Source of the DNA: Octopus sinensis | Lineage: Eukaryota | Length of the DNA stretch: 64,000 nucleotides | Reading direction: 5' to 3' | Assembly: GCF_006345805.1 (NCBI RefSeq) | Contig: NC_043008.1 | Coordinates: 17,236,001-17,300,000, forward strand | Part shown: in pieces, positions 12,982 to 24,725 of the stretch | How positions within the stretch are numbered: the stretch's first letter is position 1 | How the letters are laid out: each line of letters starts with the position of its first letter | Program-made: the position numbers and the translations under genes | Notes under the pieces: generated by a model | The model's database searches: none | Told to the model about the DNA's origin: nothing | What the model saw: the letters and a program-made list of their open reading frames with translations, nothing else

Positions 12982-13027
<46 letters not shown>

Positions 13028-13030
<3 letters not shown>

Positions 13031-13218
13031 CCGCGTGTGTACCGTTTGCGATTTCTTTCCCTCTGTCTTCCCTTCTCTGGATCTTTCCTTCTCCTATGTT
13101 TCCGACGAAGAGCTCCACTCGAAACGTTTTCTTCTTTCCTGAGCGTCCAGCAATACTATATTTGTTCCACGTCCTCGCGTTGTTGTGTTTTTTTTGTGCT
13201 TTCTTGTTTGGATTAACT
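13028..13218 (+). mobile_element. Short non-repetitive insert within (TA)n carrying a degenerate hammerhead-like motif (possible Penelope-like terminal fragment)
   Basis: ccgacga-a-gagctccactc-gaaacgtt at 13102-13128. Flanked by TA tracts on both sides. Confidence 0.45.
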
Positions 13219-13974
13219 ATATATATATATATATATACGTACACACATTCATACATACATACACATTTGTGCGTGTGTGTGCGCTTGCTTGTCTGCTCGT
13301 GCACGTGTTTAAGGTTGTCAGGGTATGTATTTATGCTTATACCATTATAAATACCGTTTGATTTCTTTCCACGTGGTATTCGCTATTTTGTTGTTAAACA
13401 AAATCCAAATACCTAAAACTAATGACGTTGCAAGCGACACACGTTGCGCAACTAACTTCGAGCGTGAACCCATATCGGGTTGCAGTATCCAACGACGAGA
13501 ACACGAATACCTGAATCAAAGGCAAAATCAGCACAACAGCAACAACAACGTTAATACTTATCTATAAAAAATACCAACGTGATCGTGCTTTGAGTGAAAA
13601 GGCTTCACGTATTTTTATTTCAAATAATTTTTCACTATCGATAATCTAATAAACAATAATTTTTTTTAAAAAATGTATTTATTAAATTATTTCTAATATC
13701 GTGATGTCAGTTCCTCTTTGATTAAATTAGAATGAAATTTGTTCCTCAGAAAAAGCAATCACTTTAGCTTTTTCTAAGGTTATAGAAACATCTTCGCTAA
13801 GCAAAAATGACGTGGCTACCAATAACACGAAATATGGAAACGCCTTGCATTAACATTTCGTTACCAAAGTGAAAGCAAATGGATAATGAAATCGCTTAAA
13901 TATATTTTCCACCACAATGTATTCATTTGAATATATCTGGAATAATTTCAATAATTTTTTTTTTTTTATGTTTT

Positions 13975-14615
13975 AGTTTGTTTCAATCGTCATTCAAATG
14001 CGGCTCTGCGAAGACAACACTGTGAAAGATTTAGACGAATAAATTAACGGTAAAACTTATTTTTAATATTTGCTACTTGTTCTGACGATCTCTTTTGCCG
14101 AATCGCTATTTTACGGAGACAGAAACAAACTAGCAGATGTTCTCAAGCCCTGCTAATGGACAAAGACAAACACACGCCCACACACATACACACACAGACA
14201 CACACACACATACGCTGGCACATACACAAACAACGGGATTCCATGACTTTTCTGCCTACCAAATTCATTCATAAAACACTGGTCTGACCGGTACTATTGT
14301 ACAAGACATTTGCGCAATATGCGAGCTGGCAGAATCGTTAGCACGCCGGGCAAAATGCTTTTCGGTCTTTCGTCCGCGGTTACGTTGTGAGTTCAAATTC
14401 CACTGAGGTCGACCTTGCCTTTCATCCTTTCGGGGTGACTCAAATAAGTACCAGTTGCGCACTGGGGTTGATGTAATCGACTTAATCCCTTTATCTGTCC
14501 TTGTTTATCCTCTCTATGTTTAGCCCCTTGTGGGCAATAAAGAATTGAATATGCCCTGGGGTTACAATAAACCTGAAATCACATAGTTGCAAAGTAAGCT
14601 TTCCACAGCAACGCT
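13975..14615 (-). mobile_element. Old SINE family B interrupted by a SINE-A insertion
   Basis: B-like sequence on both sides of 14321-14547. AATATGC is duplicated at 14316-14322 and 14548-14554. Confidence 0.65.
14321..14547 (+). mobile_element. SINE family A (type-1 tail)
   Basis: Matches 5581-5812. Confidence 0.9.
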
Positions 14616-14729
14616 TGCCATAGTGTGAGCACATAATTGCCAGTGTATGCGAGATAGAATAAAGAAACTTGAAGATAATTATTATAGTCTTTCTGATGTA
14701 TGTATTCATATGAATATGAAGAAGTAGAA

Positions 14730-14885
14730 ATAATCCTTTCTGATAAAGGCACAAGGCTTGAAATTTGGTGGGAGGGGACAAGTAGATTACATCGGCTCCA
14801 GCGTTTCACTGGTGCTTAATTTTTCGACCCCGAAAAGATGAAAGGCAAAGTCAACCTCAGCGGGATTTGAAGTCAGAACGTAATG
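14730..14885 (-). mobile_element. SINE family A, 3' part (type-2 tail)
   Basis: cgaccccgaaaagatgaaaggcaaagtcaacctc core, plus the aggcacaaggcttgaaattt tail. Confidence 0.8.
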
Positions 14886-15114
14886 AAAAACGAAGAATTG
14901 CAAATAATGTATATGTTAACCTAACAACGGAAGTGAGTATCTAGACGTTGAATGTCACTTACAGAGTCAATAGGCTATCATCTATAGTTGATTGATAAAG
15001 ATGATGGCCGTAGACTCTTGTAAATACCGAGGGATGAGTAAGTAGTCTCGCGCAATACGTGAGTGGTGTTCTGCAGTTTCTCGCTGAACAACTTGCACAA
15101 ATGTTTTCTTTCTT

Positions 15115-15495
15115 TTTTCTTTATTGCCCACAAGAGGCAAACATAGAGGAGACAAACGAGGACAAACAAAGGGATTAAGTCGATTACATCGACCCCCAAA
15201 GGATGAAAGGCAAAGTCGAACTCGGCGGAATTTGAACTCAGAACGTAACGGCAGACGAGATACCTATTTCTTTACTACCCACAAGGGGCTAAAAACAGAG
15301 AGGACAAACAAGGACATACATAGGCATTAAGTCGATTACATCGACCCCAGTGCGTAACTGGTTATTTAATCGACCCCGAAAGGATAAAAGGCAAAGTCGA
15401 CCTCGGTGGAATTTGAACTCAGAACGTAGCGGCAGACGAAATACCGCTAAGCATTTCGCCCAGCGTGCAAACATTTCTGCCAGCTCACCGCCTTT
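15115..15495 (-). mobile_element. SINE family A dimer
   Basis: Head at 15440-15495. Junction at 15264/15265. The second unit is internally deleted. Confidence 0.9.
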
Positions 15496-15769
15496 TGTTT
15501 CACTAGAAAGAAAACAAATGTTTTATTTCTAGTGATGAAATGTATATGGTGTATATTATGTCACTCACTCCACCAAAACAACATTGCCTGAAGAGGTATA
15601 TGGTGAGATGCATGTCTGTTGTTGCAGTGACTGCAGAGCACTGTGAGGTGAAGAGTTTTGCTCAAGAACATAATGCTTCACACTGTGCCGGATTTGAAAC
15701 GATGATCTTGCGATTGTAACAACTTCAGCACCAAGGCATGCATTCACACATAGTTGACTAACGGGTACT

Positions 15770-15930
15770 ACGGGCTTCTTTCAGTTTCCATCTACCAAAT
15801 CCACACACAAGGCTTTGCTCGGCCCGAGGCTATAGTAGAAGACACTTGCCCAAGGTGCCAGGCAGTGGGACTGAACCCGGAACCATGTGATTCGTAAGCA
15901 AGCTACTTACCACACAGCCACTCCTACGTC
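15770..15930 (-). mobile_element. 5' half of SINE family B
   Basis: Matches 6700-6862. Confidence 0.88.
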
Positions 15931-15974
15931 TATATAGTTGTATATTGTTCCTCTCTCATCAAACTTCAAGAAGT

Positions 15975-15977
<3 letters not shown>

Positions 15978-16055
<78 letters not shown>

Positions 16056-16083
16056 CATATATATCTATATATATATATATATA
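15978..16083. repeat. (TA)n(GA)n microsatellite
   Basis: Direct inspection. Confidence 0.97.
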
Positions 16084-17113
16084 GAATACAGGGTCGTTAA
16101 AGCGTGTCGTAATTAAGCGTTGTCTTCTTTTGAGCAAAAAGACAAAGGTTCCATAAAAATTTTGTTTTTTTAATAGTTCGATGTTTTTACATGAAGTATT
16201 TGAGATAGCCTATGCATCTTCCTCTCAGACTTCTATGATACTTTACCCTAAATTAACTGCAATTAATGACAGTAAATAAGTTCCAATATTTCCTCTCTAA
16301 GAGCAAAAAATATGTTTGAGCACATTTCTGCTATTTGACTCACAATTCAAACGTATCTTTATATCTAAAAATTAGTGTCAACGGGTATACACCATTATCC
16401 GGTGGTCACCATTCTCTGTATGTATCAGTGGACGTTGTGTATCGCAAACAACTAAACATTTTCAGTACAGATTAAGGCATAATCTTGACAGCAATGATTA
16501 AACGTAACCTTTTCGTATGTACCAGGTTGATCTCCTGTAGCAATTGTTGGTCAATATATTCATGAACATTTAGGTTTTCGGAAAATATTAAAAAAGGCTG
16601 ATGCGTTTGGTCGATTAGATATTTGAATATAATAATACGCTGCAATGATTTAATCTTTTATTAGTAGAGACTAACTTCTCTAACCTTGTTCTATCTCTTG
16701 CGAGGATACTAAATGTGACTTTTACCCATCAATAAATTATATTATGCAAATGGAATACTTATTTTTTCCGAATGTATGTAAGATATGCTATGTAGATTAC
16801 GAAATGCACTTATCATAACGAATGGGGAATAGAATTTATATAATTAACATTGACGTATTTAAAATGAGGGATGAAGCAATACTTTAGTGTTTCATGGGAA
16901 AACGACAATTCGGTAATCGAAGTTGATTTAAATGGACCTAAATAATGTTTGACGCATATGTAACAAATATACTAAAAACATATATCATTCTATTGTTGTA
17001 TTTTGGAATGGTCATTTTGCCAGTTTAGCCAATAAAAACACACGCACTATATATTTGGTGTTATTTTGCTTCAGCGTTATTTATTTTTTTTACATTAATC
17101 TTAACCTTATTTC

Positions 17114-17158
17114 GGCCAGAGTTCTTTCGTCACATTCCTGTGACCTCATCAGTGGTCC
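17114..17158 (-). ncRNA. Candidate minimal type I hammerhead ribozyme
   Basis: Minus strand: GGACCA-CUGAUGA-G-GUCACA-GGAA-UGUGAC-GAAAG-AA-CUC-UGGCC. Confidence 0.7.
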
Positions 17159-19194
17159 TTTGCTTTTTTCTTTCGTATTTGTGTCTCTCCTTACAAACGG
17201 TCAGCCATTTTGTATTTTGTATTCCTATTGTATGTGTCTTCATTTGGGCATGCGTATACCTCTATGTGTGTATCTATGTTTAGTTAGTGTGTGTGTGGGG
17301 GGGGGAGTGCCTGCAATATTTGTATCTCATGTTTATATACGTTCGTATAATTTGTTTTTGTTTTTGTTTATTTTTAAACAAATATATAAACGTAATATAT
17401 CATTCTATTATACCGGATAACAGTGGTAACGTGAGTAAATGCAGATTTGAATAAATACAAACTTGCTTCCAACTTTTTTCCTACGTTGAGTAACCGATTA
17501 GCGCTACCAGCCATTGTATAATAATGGGAACATCGTAAGAGAGACAGTCTCTCGCGTCAGCTCACAGCGCAATCTTGGCTGGTTTCTATGGCTGAAGAGA
17601 TGATAACTTCTCAGAAATGCACGCACTTTAAAGCCTAGTCAGATCGTACTGCGCGTTGATGGGGTATACTTACATCCATTTGTCAATAGCATGCAATCTT
17701 CTCCATGTCAAATCACAGTGAAAAGCTTTCTAACGGTTCGGATATGCGTCAAACACATCTGAACAGGTATCAAATTTGTTATCATTCTATTAATACTAAA
17801 TGGCACAATATCAGAAGGCAGTAAACAGTTCCGTCTCGTAACACTGTTTAAACTTAGTTGTTACAAATACAAATTGAGTATTATTATTATCATTACAAAT
17901 CTACTCGGTTTAAATTGTTTGTAATATAAGCTGACTTGTAATATATGATCGAAAAATAGTATTTGGCATTTAAAGTCACGATCTGTTGACTATTCGCTTA
18001 CAAAGGACGTGACGTCATGTAGCTGTAGAGTTCAGCATTAAATGATAGACCTTGCAGAGAATAGAAATAATTCGAACGTAGGTTGATCGCGTGTCTCCTA
18101 GAAAAAGAAAACTGAATGATTTTGATAGTTTAGTCATGTAGAAAATAAGTTTTATTTTAAAATTTGTGTTTCTACGTTTCAATCTTAGACGTACTGTCAT
18201 TTCAGAAATCTTTTCAAAAAATTTTAGGAATGGTTTTTTTTTTGCTTTTTTTTTGTTATAAATCCTGACTTTATTTTCCTCTTCCATTTGGTTCGTAGAG
18301 TTCCAGGCCCGGAAACAACTTTCTTACGCTATCATCTAAATCATTAGTTGCGAGAATGATGATAAGTTTAATACGAAATCGATTCCCCTTTTTTTTATGC
18401 GTATCTTAATGCATTGTATATACTTGATGTATACTTGATGCATTTTCTCATAACAGAACCGGGATATTCAAGGATTCTTTACGTTGATAAATTAAGGAGA
18501 TGAGATATTGAATATGTAGGAACGCAATGTTTTTATTTTCTTTAATGAAGGAAATTCACGATGAAAAAAAGCTCTTATCTCGTTTTAAGAGATCATTAAG
18601 TATTTGAAGCAAGTAAACTAGAAAGAAGTGAAATAAATTAATGGAAACCTAATGTATGAAAACAAGACAGTTTTCAATATGAACCCCTCAGGTATCGGAG
18701 GGAAAGGAAATATTGACGATAATTTTTCTATGAAACTCATACGATATTTCTTCATATTTGAAATGTAAAAAAATCGCTTGAGTTGTTTTTTTTTATGAGT
18801 CACTTTAGGCCGTCTTTATTTGATTAATGGTATTTAATGAAATATTTGGCGTTGAGCTGAGAAAGTGCTCTTGGCGACCATTTACAATTTTTTAGTCCTT
18901 TGCATATTGTATCTTAGGCATTTCTTTTATAAACATTAAAATAGAATGATTATAAACTTCATTTCCTTAAAGGGAATTGTAGTTCGTATGTATAGGTCAC
19001 AGCAAGAAAACATAGTTAATATTCTATATGTGTCAACTGAAAGTGAACGTAATAATACATGCAAGAAATAAGTGCACGATTTTCAATTGCTGGTCTGTAA
19101 CGCCAAAATATTCGACCACAGAGCAATTATAGAAGTTCTGATTTCAGTCAACATCATATCAATATACTGGCATTTTACTACGTTAAGTCTATTG

Positions 19195-19423
19195 GGAGAG
19201 TCATTTTCTTTTTGTGCCTTATAAAATAACACTCACCGGTAAAATTTCCACGAAGCAACGAAACTTTTAGGAAAATAAAAATAAGAAACAAGTGGAAATT
19301 TTACTGGTGAGTGTGTTGCATTATAAGGCGCAAAAAGAAGATGACTCTCCCCAGACACAACAGAATATGCTTCAACTCACGAACTCAGATAAAGATTCTT
19401 GCAAACCAAATCCAAAAACGAAA
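19195..19423 (+). mobile_element. Interspersed repeat insertion with an inverted 5' segment and 11-bp TSD
   Basis: TSD taagtctattg at 19184-19194 and 19424-19434. 19194-19251 is the inverse of 19292-19352. Homologue at about 63440-63605. Confidence 0.8.
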
Positions 19424-20509
19424 TAAGTCTATTGTAGTTATTTATCATTACGTTGTCAAAACTTTTCATGGAGGTTCACTATTTGTATCCATTATTGAAA
19501 CTATATGATGTAATATAAAGAGGCAATTTCGTTCAAGTAAATTTAAATTTTTCCAGCAAATATACGGTAAAATATTCAGAAGTAGAAACCAAAATATTAA
19601 TTGTAACTATTAATAGAAATAAATAAGTCGAAAATGAAATTAATGAAATTAATGTAATCATTAATTTGGACTCTTAAAGACAGAACTGCATTTAAATATA
19701 TTTCGTTCTACTCGGTGTCCAAACCTAAACAATATGATTAATTTGTTGCGTATATTTGACGCTATGCACATTAGTAATGATAATCTTAATGCGATCAACT
19801 CGTTCCCTGACTTAGCCTTTTTGTCTGCTCAGAAAATGTTAATACATTTGGCCTAAGCGTCCAGACTTTTAGCAAGCGTTTGCTTCGTGCGCTCTGGGTA
19901 ATATAAACCTTTCCTTTTATAAACACCAAATTACTCTTGTGGTTGAAAAAGATTTTGGGATGTGTATCATGATACATGGATGCCAAGGAATGTTCTGTAT
20001 ATCTCAAGACCAGCATAGGTGAATATGTGTGGATTTAAAACAAAAAATGAACTGATAAAAAAACATTAAATAAACGAATAAATATAAAATAAAATAGCAT
20101 CCCAGTGAAGATATTGAAGTTTTTTAAGTAACAGTGTTTTGTAGTAAAATCATAATATATTGTCTGTTCCTAGTTTAAATCACAACCAGCGTCATTTTCT
20201 ATCCTATTTTCTCTTTCATGAATATCTGCTGTCAGCATAGAATCATAAAACTATGGAATAAGCAAGGATATACGCTGGTGGTCAAGAGGTGAATGGTAAC
20301 AAACACAAATACACACATACAGTCATATATGTATATAATATATACATGTGTATATTTAGGACTAAAACCAATAGGTGAATAACCATACGCTAGAAGAAGA
20401 TCACATACGATCTAACTACAAAGAAAGAATGTTCTCCAGAGAAAATTCAGCGAACACCAGAACATAGGCGGGCAAGCCAGATGAAAATTATATAAAAAAT
20501 CGAGAATTA

Positions 20510-20583
20510 ATCGTATACCGATTTCGTCTATTACCGAATAAATTACTTACGTAATCCTTCGTCCGCAGACTCGTCAGTACGAT
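20510..20583 (-). ncRNA. Candidate type I hammerhead ribozyme with extended stem II
   Basis: Minus strand: AUCGUA-CUGACGA-GUCU...AGAC-GAAAU-CG-GUA-UACGAU. All core nucleotides are present and stem I is a perfect 6 bp. Confidence 0.75.
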
Positions 20584-21118
20584 CGTTCCAATTCAATATA
20601 ATCTGAAAAACTAAACACTAGTTTTTCATACTATATATATATATCTTGGTTCGTTTAATCTAAGAAAACATGTGTTGCAGGCAAGGAGACCGATAGAATA
20701 AGTAGCATACTAAACCAAAAATAAAAAAAAGAAAAGTAATGGGCGATTTAATTAACCGAAACTATTCAATGCTGTGCCCGAGTATGGTCGCCTTCTAATG
20801 ACTGAAAATAGTAGGATTTAAGATACATTTTCAGCCTAAATATTGATTTCCTAAACTGGAACTCTATTGAAAGTGGACGAAGGATTAAGCCTGACTCTCT
20901 TATATGTTAAATATTTATATTAATCCAAACACTTGATTAAGAAATCTAGGTGCACACGATAATTGAAGGTTAACAAGGAAGGGAAGCGAATAATGTAAAG
21001 CACTGCATCTAACATTCTACTAATTTCGCCATTTTCACTGTTGATATTTGATGTGAATTCCTTGGTGATTTCTCCTGATTCCCTTATTTAGAAATTTTTC
21101 TTTTATCTTTTATTTTAT

Positions 21119-21348
21119 TAAGATACAAATACGATGGTAATTTAATTTCGAACACAGATACCTCGTTAGAACAGCAGAAATATTGGATAAAGTACCCTTA
21201 CAAAGCGGAAAAATTTGTCAAAAAAACAGCCGTGGAACAAATTTGTTGACAATTTTTTCCGATTAGTAAGGCTACTTTATCAAATATTTCTGCTGTTCTA
21301 ACGACGTTTCTGCGTTCGAAAATAAATTATCATCCTATTTGTATCTTA
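21119..21348. mobile_element. MITE-like fold-back element (arms of about 100 bp)
   Basis: taagatacaaat...aaatttgtcaa is inverted as ttgacaatttt...atttgtatctta, with a short spacer. It begins and ends with TA. Confidence 0.85.
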
Positions 21349-21429
21349 CACATCTTCACGGTTATAAAAAGAAATAAATGTTTGTTCATATTTAATTTTT
21401 TAAAAATGTCTTCCTCTCATTATTTTGTG

Positions 21430-21770
21430 GCTATTCTGGTACACGGCCTTGGAGGATTTTATTTGAATAAATTAGCTCATGTTAATTTCAACTGGGTAAT
21501 AAATCCATCGGTTAATTTTGCCAAACTGCTACCCTACTGGAAAGTAAACAAATTAGCATCGGTTGTGAAGCTCTTCTGAGAGAAAACACGCAAACTTGCA
21601 TACACACACGAACAGAAATACTCATACACATCCATAGAATATACACAGATAAAAAGGGATTCTTTTAGCTACCGTCTAACACATCCATTTACAAATGCTT
21701 TGATCGGTTCGAGACTATAGTAGAAGAAACTTGTCCAAGGTGCCACGCAATGAGACAGAATCTGGCATCA
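21430..21770 (-). mobile_element. Highly degenerate SINE family B
   Basis: gactatagtagaagaaacttgtccaaggtgccacgca motif and collinear remnants. Confidence 0.6.
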
Positions 21771-22284
21771 AGTGCAGAGACATGAAAGACCTCATAAGAT
21801 AAATTAGGTCGTCTGGTTTGGAAGTCTCTATTTTATCGATTCTGAGTATGTGTAGTAAATATTTGAAATCAGAACTATATGAAATCACATAAATTTTGTA
21901 CTCAATACATAGTTATTATCTTTAAACATTCCGCAAAGCATCAATGCTTAGAGATCTGAATATTTTACAAATATTGAAGTGTTTTTCAATTGAGAACTAC
22001 GCCATCATAGGCATATGCAACACATGTCATGTGATATATGATAGCAGCGTCACACGTTTTAATGATACCAAAAACTAACTACTAAGAACATTTTAATAAA
22101 GTAAGAATTTCTTTTTTTTTTCTTTTCATTTTTGTTTTTTTTCTTTTTTCTCTTTTCCTCTTCATTTCTTTCTTTCCAAATACATTCACTTGCAAAATAT
22201 TTTGGCTTACAAACGAAAGCTTCTGATATTTACAATTAGGATATGGAAAAAAATAACACCTGCCTATTATAGAAACAAAATGGA

Positions 22285-22340
<56 letters not shown>

Positions 22341-22616
22341 TATTATTTTACAGAAACAGTAGTAGCACGTCATACAAAATATCCTGGAGAATTTGGCTCG
22401 ACATCGTCTTAACCGCTTATTATTTTCCTACAATAAAGGAAGGTGATAAATATCTAGTCGTTAATTACAGATTTACAGAACACTATGTCGACTACAGTGT
22501 TAGAGTTATGTGTACTTATGCCAGAGTCAAACAATTCCATACTGCAAGGTATGCATTCATACTAAACCATTAAAACTGCTAAGCAATCTTTTTCCCTATA
22601 TGTGTCACCGTTTCGT

Positions 22617-22648
<32 letters not shown>

Positions 22649-23264
22649 CACTATATCTCTCTTACACTTTGATACACGCATAAGGAAACAAATAGGCCGC
22701 ATGTTCTCATAACGTCTTTCTCTAGATCAATCACACATATACACATATCATACACACATATCATATCTCACGCTATATCTTAAATAGAAAACTTCGATTC
22801 GCACAGATACTCAAACATAAAAGATACATTCACATAATTACCCATGCATATAGATAGACGCACGGAATATTAATCTTATTTTTCCATTAAAAATGTGTCA
22901 CAGTAGAAGAATATACAAGAATGTTCAATATTTGTCTTTCATCTCGAAACTTTGCAGTTGTCCAGATTCACAAGCATGCTATGCGTGAGATGTCAAAGGT
23001 GCGAGTGAATTCGTGAATATCTCTATGGAGTAATCACTAAACACGAACCCATTAACTCAAGCAGGCATGAATTTAATAATAGTAGTAGCAAGCATCTCTT
23101 CATAAACAACAAAATAACAGTCTGGTTACATATTTGATATAATTTCTAATCTAATGCAAACAACATCATGCTCGTACCGTTAGACTTGGCATCAATCTAC
23201 ACGATATTTTACATTGAAAAGTGAATAATGAAACAAAAAATAATAAACAGCATCAACATGATAT

Positions 23265-23699
23265 AGCCTCAGGAGTGGCTGTGTGGTAAGTAGCTCGCTA
23301 ACCAACCGCATGGTTCCGGGTTCAGTCCCACTGCGTGGCATCTTGGGCAAGCAAGTGTCTTCTACTATAGCCCCGAGCCGACCAATGCCTTGTGAGTGGA
23401 TTTGGTAGACGGAAACTGAAAGAAGCCTGTCGTATATGTGTATATATGTATATATATATATGTATATATATATATGTATGTGTGTGTATGTGTTTGTGTG
23501 TCTGTGTTTGTCCCCCTAGCATTGCTTGACAACCGATACTGGTGTGTTTACGTCCCCGTCACTTAGCGGTTCGGCAAGAGAGAGCGATGGAATAAGTACT
23601 GGGCTTGCAAAGAGTGAGTCCCGGGGTCGATTTGCTCGACTAAGGGCGGTGCTCCAGCATGGCTACAGTCAAATGACTGAAACAAGTAAAAGAGTAAAG
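23265..23699 (+). mobile_element. SINE family B, full length, with internal (TA/TG)n
   Basis: A box tggctgtgtgg, B-box-like gggttcagtccc, CORE-like gtggcatcttgggcaag segment, and gtaaaaga-type tail. Confidence 0.93.
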
Positions 23700-24492
23700 T
23701 GTATGAACGACTGAGTTATTAGTTCGTTTTGTTAATAAAGTAATAACTGAAAAGTTTTACCCCATTATTCTTGACTTGTGACTGTTTGTATCGTAAAGCT
23801 GGATATGCATATAGAGCCTGTGGGTACCTAATAGCTATTCCAGACCTTTTTAACCCTTGCGTTGCCCACCTTAAGACCCTCGTCGTTTACGCTATAGCAT
23901 TGCAGCTTAGAGAAAGTGACGACCAATTTCTGAAAGTTCAAAGCTTTCTAACCTGCAGCCAACATTAAACTGCCGTTTCTGCTAAAACATATAACCTGGA
24001 TAATCTTTAAAAGGAGAAAAGAATGGTGCAAGATAATAGAGCCGAGAGAACTCCAAGCTTCAATACTTTAACAACTCTCGCCCCATATTCATGATTGGGT
24101 TGTCATTGATCTACCTCCTACTTCGGAAAACCCAGTTCTGGAAGTATTAATATTTCCTATACAAGTGACTATTATATAGTAGCGCGATTTTAGGTACAAC
24201 GTAGTTTAGCGGCTCAGCAAAACAGGTCGATAGAATAGATACTTGGCTTATCAAAGCGGTACCTTTACATGACCGCAGTCTAATGGCTTAAACAGGTGAA
24301 AGAAAAAAGAAAGAAAAATATGTTAAGGGCCGTGGATCAGAGAATCGTTTGAGTGTTGGACAAGATGCCTTGCACTATTTCTTTCAGCGCGTTTTGTCTT
24401 GTATCAAAACGTCTTGCGTTATATAATGACAGGTGGCATCTTCAGCTTTCCTAGGTATACGTTATATTTGCATTCAATGGTATAAGTACCTC

Positions 24493-24725
24493 CACGCCGG
24501 TCAAAATGCCTAACGGCATTTCACCCGTCTTTACTTTCTGACTTCAAACATCTCTGAGTTCGACTTTGCGTTTCATCTTTTCGGGGTCGATCAAAATAAG
24601 TAACAGTTGTTTACTGGGGTCGATGTCTTTGCCTTAACTCCTCATACTTGGGTCGATGTCTTTGCCTTAACTCCTCATATAAAATTGCTGGCCTTGTGCC
24701 ATAATTTCAATTTATATTATTAATA
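24493..24725 (+). mobile_element. Degenerate SINE family A (type-2 tail) with an internal 33-bp tandem duplication
   Basis: Core motif present. gggtcgatgtctttgccttaactcctcata occurs twice (about 24617-24679). Confidence 0.75.
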
